From Candidatus Methylomirabilis sp. (lineage in GTDB: Bacteria > Oederibacteriota > PGYV01 > DYJU01): a stretch of 58,213 nucleotides of DNA. Of the stretch, positions 50,933 through 58,213 are shown one piece after another (positions within the stretch are counted from its first letter, which is position 1; the number at the start of each line of letters is the position of its first letter). The notes under the pieces are model-generated. The model saw only the letters and a list, made by a program, of their open reading frames with translations. It was not told the origin of the DNA and did not search any database. Location: positions 1 to 58,213 of the forward strand of contig DYJU01000004.1 of the NCBI GenBank assembly GCA_020722985.1, written 5' to 3'. Made by a program: the position numbers and the translations under genes.

Positions 50933-52012
50933 ATGAAATTTTTTCATCATAAAAAATGGGATTTAAATTTGAATGAATTAAATAGTTTTTCTTATTATTT
51001 CCCACCAAATATAGTCAAAGGAAGAAAAACACTCAATTTTATTTTAGAAATTATAAAAGATAAAAAGAAAATAGGAGTAATGGCTGATTCTTTTATAATG
51101 AAAAATTATTATACATATTTAAATATACAGGGAAAAAATACTGAAAAAATTAATTTTAATGGAGAATGTAGTTCAAGAGAATTTTTTAGGTTAAAGCAGA
51201 TAATTTTAAATAAGGGAATAGATTGTCTTGTATGTATGGGTGGCGGTAAAGCAATGGACATTGGTAAATTACTAAAAAGGGATATAAACGGGCTTTTTTT
51301 AATTTTAGTTCCTACTTCTGCTGCTACATGTGCGGCGGTAACATCTGTTTCAGTTGTGTATGATGAAAATTCAACTTATATGAAAACAGTGGATAGCGTG
51401 TGTGCGGATTTTGTAATTATAGATTATGAGATTTTTTATAAATTACCGCTTGCTTTTTTTTCAGCAGGAATTGCTGATACAATTGCAAAATATTTTGAGA
51501 TAAGTACAGTAAAAAAATTTTTAAAAGTAAATGATATATACTATAATATTATTTTGGATTTATCTGAAAAATTGTATATACGATTAAAGGAAATAACCTA
51601 TAATAATTGGGAAAAGATAGATGCCGCCAAAAAGGAAGAACTTACCGACATTAATATATTTTTTTCTGGAATTATTTCATTACTTGGGAGATTTAATATA
51701 ACAGTATCTGCGGCTCATACTATTGCACATTCTTTGACAACTATAAATCATTCTCAAAAATTTTTACACGGTGAGTATGTTGCTTTCGGGCTTTTTATGC
51801 AGGAAAATTTATTAAAAAATAAAAAAAATGTAAAAGAACTGCAAAATATATTTATAATTCATGATTTACCAATTAAATTATCACAGTTAAATATATATAA
51901 AAATGATATAAATAAAATTTTTGAATTTTATATAAAATTAAAGGAAAAAGAGAAAATAATATTTCCAGTAAATGATAAAATGGTGTATAATCAATTAAAT
52001 AAGAATTTATAG
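50933..52012 (+). CDS. Glycerol dehydrogenase-like (iron-containing ADH/DHQS fold) oxidoreductase
   Basis: GGGKAMDIGK, PTSAATCA..TSVSV.Y, AHTIAH, LHGE.VAFG. Confidence 0.85.
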   Translation: MKFFHHKKWDLNLNELNSFSYYFPPNIVKGRKTLNFILEIIKDKKKIGVMADSFIMKNYYTYLNIQGKNTEKINFNGECSSREFFRLKQIILNKGIDCLVCMGGGKAMDIGKLLKRDINGLFLILVPTSAATCAAVTSVSVVYDENSTYMKTVDSVCADFVIIDYEIFYKLPLAFFSAGIADTIAKYFEISTVKKFLKVNDIYYNIILDLSEKLYIRLKEITYNNWEKIDAAKKEELTDINIFFSGIISLLGRFNITVSAAHTIAHSLTTINHSQKFLHGEYVAFGLFMQENLLKNKKNVKELQNIFIIHDLPIKLSQLNIYKNDINKIFEFYIKLKEKEKIIFPVNDKMVYNQLNKNL

Positions 52013-52028
52013 TTGTAAAGGAAAATAA

Positions 52029-52460
52029 ATGAATAAAAAAGATGAAAAAATAAAAAAGGATGAAGAGATAGACGAGATTCTTAAACAATTAGAAAATAAG
52101 GATCAGTTGATAAATATCCCAAAAACATTACTTAAAAAAGAAGAATGGGGATTGTTAACGGTTTTAAATCTCATACTTGCAGGAATTTTTCCAGCATATT
52201 TTGTACAAATTCTTTTTGTTTCTTTTTTTACAGAATTAGGACATCTTTATACCACGCATTTAACAGAAGAAGAAAGAAAAAAATTAATAGAATTTGAGAA
52301 AGAATTCAGAAAAGGATATGAAAAAGAACAGGAATTAAAATGGAAGGAAGCAATTGAGATTTATAAAAAATTAGTTGAAAAATATTTAAAGCAGAATCCA
52401 AAAATAGCGAATATAGCACAGCAACGGATTGAGTGGATAAATAAGAATTATATAAAATAA
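52029..52460 (+). CDS. Hypothetical membrane protein with helical (TPR-like) C-terminus
   Basis: Hydrophobic stretch at aa ~40-67; W.EAIEIYKKL; intact ORF between co-oriented genes. Confidence 0.7.
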   Translation: MNKKDEKIKKDEEIDEILKQLENKDQLINIPKTLLKKEEWGLLTVLNLILAGIFPAYFVQILFVSFFTELGHLYTTHLTEEERKKLIEFEKEFRKGYEKEQELKWKEAIEIYKKLVEKYLKQNPKIANIAQQRIEWINKNYIK

Positions 52461-52483
52461 TATTTAGTTTAAGGGATTTTTTT

Positions 52484-54244
52484 ATGAAAAAAGATGAAAT
52501 ATTATCTAAAATTTATAGGGAATTTAATGAAAAACGATTTGATAATGTAATAGAACTTTTAAAGAGAGTTGAAAATAAAAATGGATATAAAGAATTTGTT
52601 ATCAAAATAAACGGAGATATTAATTTTTTTAATGGGGATTTCAAAAATGCATATGAAAATTACAGTAAATTAAGAAAAATACCATGGGATGTTAATTTAA
52701 ATTTGGGGCTTATAAATTTAAGTGAAGGGAAAACTGAAGATGCAATAAAAAATTTTGAAACAATTTTGAAGCAAAAAATAAATATAAAAGGTAGTATATT
52801 ATATGGCGCAAAATATGAAAATAAAAATAAATTTTTGTCTGAAATATATCTTTATTTAGGAGCGCTTTATAAAACACTTGGTAAAAAAGAATCAGCAGTA
52901 AAAGCATTTGAATATTCATTAAAATTTAATGAACTTAATGAAATGGCTTTTGCTAATTTAGGAGATATTTTTTTAAATGATAATAATTATGATGAAGCGA
53001 TTAAATATTTTAATAAAGCAATATCAATTGTTGAGGATAATATTAAAAAGTCCTTTCTTTATAATGATCTGGGACTTTCTCAGTTAAAAAAAGGATTAAT
53101 TCAGGAAGCAGTTGAAAGTTTTAAAAAAGCAATAATCCTTAATCCTAAAAATGAAAATGCGATTTATAACCTTGGAATAATTTATGTTCGCAGTGGAATG
53201 GAAGAAAAAATAAAAGAAGATTATAAAGAGTTTATATCCCAGGATGCCGGAATAGATATTATTTATAAATTATCGCGGTCAATTGTTGACATAACCCAGC
53301 AGAATGTTTTAAAAGACATTAATATTGATTTTATATGCAATGATATCTCAATGTCAAAAGTAAAAGAAACAATTGTAAAGGCGGCGAAAACAGACGGAAC
53401 TGTATTTTTATATGGAGAAAATGGCACAGGTAAAGAATTGGTGGCAAGGGCAATTCATCAATTGAGCGCAAGAAAAGATTATCCATTTATTGTTGTAAAT
53501 TGTGGAGCTTTGCCTGAGACTTTATTAGAAGCAGAACTTTTTGGATATGAAAAAGGAGCATTTACCGGCGCATATAAGGCAAAACCTGGTAGATTTGAAC
53601 TTGCTGACAAAGGAACTTTATTTTTAGATGAAATAGGTGATATATCGCCAGCTATGCAGGTTAAACTTTTACGCGTGGTTGAACAAAAAGAATTTGAACG
53701 TATAGGTGGTATAGAAACAAAAAAGGTTGATGTGCGAATTATAACTGCAACAAATAAGGATATAAAAGAACTCGTAGCAAAAAATTTATTCAGAGAAGAT
53801 CTTTTTTATAGATTGTATGTTTTACCAATTTACCTACCACCTTTAAGGGAGAGAGGGACTGATATTTTAGCCCTTGCAAATTATTTTCTAAGAAAAAGTA
53901 ATGAAAAACATAAAAAAAATTTTATGAAATTTACTGATGAAGTTATAGAAATATTTTTTAAATATGAATGGCATGGAAATGTGAGGCAGATGGAAAATGT
54001 AATAGAACAGATAATTGTTTTATTTGATGATTACGAGGTGAAAAAAGAATATTTACCGGCTGAAATATTAAAAGAGGTAAAACTATCAAATTCTTTTTTA
54101 AAAATAAAAAAAGAAGAAAATGAAAAACAGGAAATACTTTCTATTTTAGCAAAAGTAAAATATTCAAAAACAAAAGCAGCCAAAATGTTAGGGATAAGTA
54201 GAGTTGCTTTGTGGAAAAAATTAAAAAAATTAAATATAAGTTAA
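52484..54244 (+). CDS. TPR-repeat sigma54-dependent transcriptional activator (bEBP)
   Basis: N-terminal TPRs (ANLGD, NDLGL, YNLGI), GENGTGKE, GAFTGA, FLDEIGD, FREDLFYRL, Fis-type HTH. Confidence 0.95.
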   Translation: MKKDEILSKIYREFNEKRFDNVIELLKRVENKNGYKEFVIKINGDINFFNGDFKNAYENYSKLRKIPWDVNLNLGLINLSEGKTEDAIKNFETILKQKINIKGSILYGAKYENKNKFLSEIYLYLGALYKTLGKKESAVKAFEYSLKFNELNEMAFANLGDIFLNDNNYDEAIKYFNKAISIVEDNIKKSFLYNDLGLSQLKKGLIQEAVESFKKAIILNPKNENAIYNLGIIYVRSGMEEKIKEDYKEFISQDAGIDIIYKLSRSIVDITQQNVLKDINIDFICNDISMSKVKETIVKAAKTDGTVFLYGENGTGKELVARAIHQLSARKDYPFIVVNCGALPETLLEAELFGYEKGAFTGAYKAKPGRFELADKGTLFLDEIGDISPAMQVKLLRVVEQKEFERIGGIETKKVDVRIITATNKDIKELVAKNLFREDLFYRLYVLPIYLPPLRERGTDILALANYFLRKSNEKHKKNFMKFTDEVIEIFFKYEWHGNVRQMENVIEQIIVLFDDYEVKKEYLPAEILKEVKLSNSFLKIKKEENEKQEILSILAKVKYSKTKAAKMLGISRVALWKKLKKLNIS

Positions 54245-54277
54245 CAAAAAGTTAACGTTTTGTAAAATGGGGTTAAC
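54240..54277. promoter_or_regulatory. Candidate upstream activating sequence of three GTTAAC palindromes
   Basis: GTTAAC at 54240, 54251 and 54272, 60-100 bp upstream of a -24/-12 promoter. Confidence 0.5.
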
Positions 54278-54338
54278 GCTTTAAAATTTAATTTCTAAAA
54301 ACGCTTTTAAAATAATATAAAAATATATAATAAGTTAA

Positions 54339-54354
54339 TGGCACAATTTTTGCT
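54339..54354 (+). promoter_or_regulatory. Sigma54 (-24/-12) promoter
   Basis: TGGCACAATTTTTGCT equals consensus TGGCAC-N5-TTGC, with GG-N10-GC spacing. Confidence 0.85.
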
Positions 54355-54390
54355 TTAAATTATTGAAATAATTATTTTGAGGTGTTTTTA

Positions 54391-54579
54391 ATGAAGTTTG
54401 AATGTTTAGTAAAACAAGGTCATAAAGGAGCAGGAAAGTATAATGAATATAAGATATATATTTATGCTCAAAACATATTAGATGCTTTTAAAATCGCAAA
54501 ATCAGCCAAAAGTGTTAAAAAAGGGAAACCTTATCAATTTGGTCAAAATATCATTTCTGTAAGACCTGTAGTAAATTAA
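54391..54579 (+). CDS. Small basic hypothetical protein (62 aa)
   Basis: GAGGTG SD at 54379-54384, ATG 54391; MKFECLVKQGHKGAGKY...; directly downstream of the sigma54 promoter. Confidence 0.7.
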   Translation: MKFECLVKQGHKGAGKYNEYKIYIYAQNILDAFKIAKSAKSVKKGKPYQFGQNIISVRPVVN

Positions 54580-54728
54580 TTTATTCAATCTACCTTAAAA
54601 ATCATTTATAATATAAATTAACGTTAATTATTGAAACGCTATTATATATTGCAAAACTTTTTTTGATTTTAGTTGTCTAAATAAAAAAATAAAGTTTACG
54701 TTAAACATGTTTCAAAAGAGGCAAAAAA

Positions 54729-57700
54729 ATGTTAGTAATGCTCAACAAAAGAACCAAAAAAATTAGAAAAATTATTATTCATTTTTATGTTATTTTTATT
54801 TTTTTATATCCATTCTTGTTTGCTGATAAAACTAAAGCAGAAGTTATAATTTCATATACTGGCTGTCCATGCACCGGAGGCAATTATGGTGCGCCAGCAT
54901 TTTCAATTGTAAATAATCTTTCTTATAATATAACCTTAAAAGGATTCAGGTTTTCAACGCCGTCATTTAATGGGTATTCATGTTGGGGAGCAGGTTCATA
55001 CAATGTTCAAAATATGGGATCATATTATCAGTATCAATTAAATGTTGCAACATCTGAGCAGACAAGACCAGTTGGTTCAAACCTGAATACAATTTCTTGC
55101 GGTGCATCTATTCCAGCAGGACAAGATGGGACACCATATGATTTACAACTATTAATAAAAACAGGTGGTTGCGACGAAGGAACACCTGTTCCAACCCCAA
55201 CTGCAATATCCTGCGCAAACCTTTCATCAGTTACATCCCTTCCTGGTTACTATAGCACAACTTGCATACCACATACTGTTGGGAATTTAGGTGGGAATCA
55301 TTCAGGCGGTTTTATAAATACATTTTATAACCAGACACAGATACAGATTGCTATACCAACAACCACTTTTGTTGTGAGTGGGACAAATGTTAAGTGGGAT
55401 CCAGCAAGTATGGGAAGTGATGGTGGTAAAATGTATATGATGGCAAGTGCCATGGGACAGGAATATTTTAACATAGAAATGATGCAATTGTTCGGGCACG
55501 GAGCAAAAGAAGCATTTGCAGCATTAAAAGATGCTTCAACCAATGCGTCGCTTTTTATACCAACAAATACGGACGGTGTAAATGGGACTTATCATATAGA
55601 AATATGGACCCTGGGTAGAGTTGTAATGACCTATGCGCATTTTTTTCCAAGGCATTTATGTGCATCAGGTTATCCTGATGTAGCATCAGCTGCAGCAGCG
55701 CCCTGCATTGCAAATGAGACTTATGGAGGTAATGGTGGAGGGTGGTATGGTGTAGGAAATTATTATATGTGTTCTCAATCTTCGGGTTGCCCTTATATTG
55801 CTGGTGATAGTCCTCAACTGGTAAATTCCGTTATAGCATCAGGACTTAATTTATGGTGGATATATGATGCTTTGAGTTTGTCCACAAAACTATGCTGGTA
55901 TCAATTTCTTGAATGCACACATGATAAATATGCTGCAATGGAATACCTTGCGGCTGCTTATAACCTCGGGATAAATAGCGCATTTGAATCCACTTTAGAG
56001 AGCCAGAACAGTACAATGTGCAATTCAACGAATTTGCTGGCGGATGGTTATGTTACGCATGGAAATTCAAATTATGTTGATGATGTGATGACAACAATAA
56101 AAACAATAGAAGCAGCACAGAATTGTAGCGGGGCAACAATTTATGATACAAATATATCGCTTTCTGATTTACAGACATTTTTCTTTGGACAGGGCGGGAC
56201 AGCGGCATCCCCTGGTTACGGTGGTTTATGGGTTCATTTCCCTGAATTATATAATAGCGCAACAAATAGACAGAATATGTGGAATGAAGTTACTTGTGCA
56301 TTTGATTATTTAAAAACACACTGGGGTGGAAATTATATAAAATATAGATATGATTTTTTAACCATATTGCGTGTTGCAAAACAATTTTTTGATCCAACTA
56401 AAAATTATCCATCTAATGATGAATTTGTTACTTGGGTAAATAATCATTCAACAACACCAAGCCCAGGTGGAATGTCAACAGATGATGTTTTCCCTTCTCT
56501 TTACATAAACAATCCTAGACCAACCACATCAACTACACAGTGCAATGGTTTTACGGTTAATTTTACGGCAAGCGACGATGTGGCAATACAATCAGTAGAG
56601 TGGACAATGGATACTGATTGGCTTTCATGGAATACAATATCTGGTTCAAGTCCTTATAGTTTTAATGTCCCAACATCGGAGGAGAATTATCCATTACCTG
56701 GAGGTACAGGTAAATTATGGATAAGGGTTACTGATACCTGTGGCAATTCAACAATACAGATGATACAATGGATAGAACAATGCGTAACCCCTACTTTTAC
56801 ACCAACAGCAACAAGCACATATACCAGAACAAATACGCCAACATTCACATCAACTGCAACAAATACACCAACATATACTTTTACATCAACACCAACATGG
56901 ACACAAACATTTACAACAACATCAACCAGCACTTTAACAAATACACGGACAAATACACCAACCAATACAGGGACTTATACTTTTACAATAACAAATACAC
57001 CAACAAATACATATACAAGTACACGAACAAACACATTAACAAACACGATAACGAATACACCGACAAACACAATAACAAATACATCAACAAATACGCGGAC
57101 AAATACACCTACAAATACATGGACGAATACAATAACAGAAACACCGACAAGGACATATACAGCAACAGAGACATGGACAGGCACACCGCCGCCAACATGG
57201 ACGCCGACGAATACTTTCACAAATACAAATACATTGACAGAAACAAATACACGAACAAACACAGCGACACCAACGTATACAAATACATGGACTTTAACTT
57301 TTACGCCGAGTTTTACAGGAACAGCAACAGCAACAGGGACAGAAACACCGACAAGAACAGCGACAAATACCCAGACAGATACAAATACAATAACATCAAC
57401 AAATACAAATACGGTAACAGGGACGCCGCCGCCAACATGGACGCCGACGAATACACGCACAGAAACGTCAACAGCAACATCAACAGCAACTTATACAGTA
57501 ACACCAACACGGACAAGGACAAATACATCAACAAACACATTAACACCTACAGATACATTTACAGCAACATCAACAAGAACAGCAACCAATACAGCAACAT
57601 TAACTTATACATGGACAATGAGTTATACAGCAACAGGGACACGGACATGGACAAATACGCCGACAATAACAAATACACCGACAGAAACGCCAACAGCAAG

Positions 57701-58213
57701 GCCATCACCTGTTGATTTAGAAGTAGAATTATCAGCAGGAGGAGATGAACCAGCGTTAGGAGCATTTATAACATATACAATAAAGATAAAGAATGAAGAT
57801 GAAAAATCAGCGTATAATATAGGTATATGGGATAGTTTACCTGAAAATTTAAGGTTTGTAGAAAGCATAGGGACAACAGCAACAGTAAATGGAAATTATA
57901 TAAACTGGGATTTAGCAGGGAGTGAGATAAAGCCAGGAGATATAATAGTAATAAAATTCGTGGTGGAGATAGTGAAGATAGATAAGGAAAGTCCAATAAC
58001 GAACGTTGTATATGTGGATTATAACGATGAATATTATATGGCGCCGGAAAGACATCCAGCGATAAAGTCAAATGTAGCATATTATCCATCAGAGTTACCG
58101 GTAGTATATCCAAATCCATTTAATCCGGCAAAGGCAGTGGGGAAGGTATTAAAGATAGACAATTTGGTTCCGGGGTCAACAGTGAGGATATATACATTAT
58201 CAGGAGAGATAGT
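54729..58213 (+). CDS. Large secreted/surface protein, 3' truncated (at least 1161 codons): signal peptide, Cys-rich region, lysozyme-like domain, Thr-rich stalk, DUF11-like domain, YPNPF-type tail
   Basis: Frame open from ATG 54729 (GAGG SD at 54718) to the window end by manual translation; absent from the ORF track because it has no stop. Confidence 0.85.
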   Translation, partial: MLVMLNKRTKKIRKIIIHFYVIFIFLYPFLFADKTKAEVIISYTGCPCTGGNYGAPAFSIVNNLSYNITLKGFRFSTPSFNGYSCWGAGSYNVQNMGSYYQYQLNVATSEQTRPVGSNLNTISCGASIPAGQDGTPYDLQLLIKTGGCDEGTPVPTPTAISCANLSSVTSLPGYYSTTCIPHTVGNLGGNHSGGFINTFYNQTQIQIAIPTTTFVVSGTNVKWDPASMGSDGGKMYMMASAMGQEYFNIEMMQLFGHGAKEAFAALKDASTNASLFIPTNTDGVNGTYHIEIWTLGRVVMTYAHFFPRHLCASGYPDVASAAAAPCIANETYGGNGGGWYGVGNYYMCSQSSGCPYIAGDSPQLVNSVIASGLNLWWIYDALSLSTKLCWYQFLECTHDKYAAMEYLAAAYNLGINSAFESTLESQNSTMCNSTNLLADGYVTHGNSNYVDDVMTTIKTIEAAQNCSGATIYDTNISLSDLQTFFFGQGGTAASPGYGGLWVHFPELYNSATNRQNMWNEVTCAFDYLKTHWGGNYIKYRYDFLTILRVAKQFFDPTKNYPSNDEFVTWVNNHSTTPSPGGMSTDDVFPSLYINNPRPTTSTTQCNGFTVNFTASDDVAIQSVEWTMDTDWLSWNTISGSSPYSFNVPTSEENYPLPGGTGKLWIRVTDTCGNSTIQMIQWIEQCVTPTFTPTATSTYTRTNTPTFTSTATNTPTYTFTSTPTWTQTFTTTSTSTLTNTRTNTPTNTGTYTFTITNTPTNTYTSTRTNTLTNTITNTPTNTITNTSTNTRTNTPTNTWTNTITETPTRTYTATETWTGTPPPTWTPTNTFTNTNTLTETNTRTNTATPTYTNTWTLTFTPSFTGTATATGTETPTRTATNTQTDTNTITSTNTNTVTGTPPPTWTPTNTRTETSTATSTATYTVTPTRTRTNTSTNTLTPTDTFTATSTRTATNTATLTYTWTMSYTATGTRTWTNTPTITNTPTETPTARPSPVDLEVELSAGGDEPALGAFITYTIKIKNEDEKSAYNIGIWDSLPENLRFVESIGTTATVNGNYINWDLAGSEIKPGDIIVIKFVVEIVKIDKESPITNVVYVDYNDEYYMAPERHPAIKSNVAYYPSELPVVYPNPFNPAKAVGKVLKIDNLVPGSTVRIYTLSGEI
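56787..57710 (+). repeat. Thr-X low-complexity coding repeat (~305 aa)
   Basis: ACA/ACG at alternate codons; exact 29-bp repeat at 57186-57214 and 57426-57454. Confidence 0.9.

Noticed and set aside
56768-57715. 315-aa Asn/Lys/Tyr-rich ORF and the Val-rich or Leu-rich antisense ORFs (56687-57868)
   Set aside because: Shadow frames of the Thr-X repeat in the real gene starting at 54729

Overview
A very AT-rich bacterial chromosomal window that is mostly housekeeping. It carries mnmG/rlmN, sixA, a carbohydrate ABC transporter, an Opp/Dpp-type ABC transporter, ffh-rpe, a PAS kinase/receiver cluster, an HD-GYP protein, purSQLF-aroB, an EF-G paralog, a roughly 15 kb run from hisC to rlmB, five tRNAs and rpsO-pnp. 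The style of the last gene suggests a candidate-phylum organism such as Ca. Goldiibacteriota, which is inference only. Five signals stand out. (1) A family of non-autonomous MITE-like elements with GTAATAGTTCAGCCAC terminal repeats, an 8-bp target duplication and a structured palindromic core fills most large intergenic gaps. (2) A sugar ABC permease carries two tandem RNA-polymerase-like sandwich-barrel hybrid modules in its first external loop. (3) pnp has no in-frame ATG at its N-terminus and appears to start at AUU. (4) A TPR-sigma54 activator is followed by GTTAAC boxes, a consensus -24/-12 promoter and a tiny basic ORF. (5) A secreted protein of more than 1160 aa, missing from the ORF track, has a lysozyme-like domain, a Thr-rich stalk and a YPNPF sorting-type tail. 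All assignments were made by eye from motifs; no searches were run.
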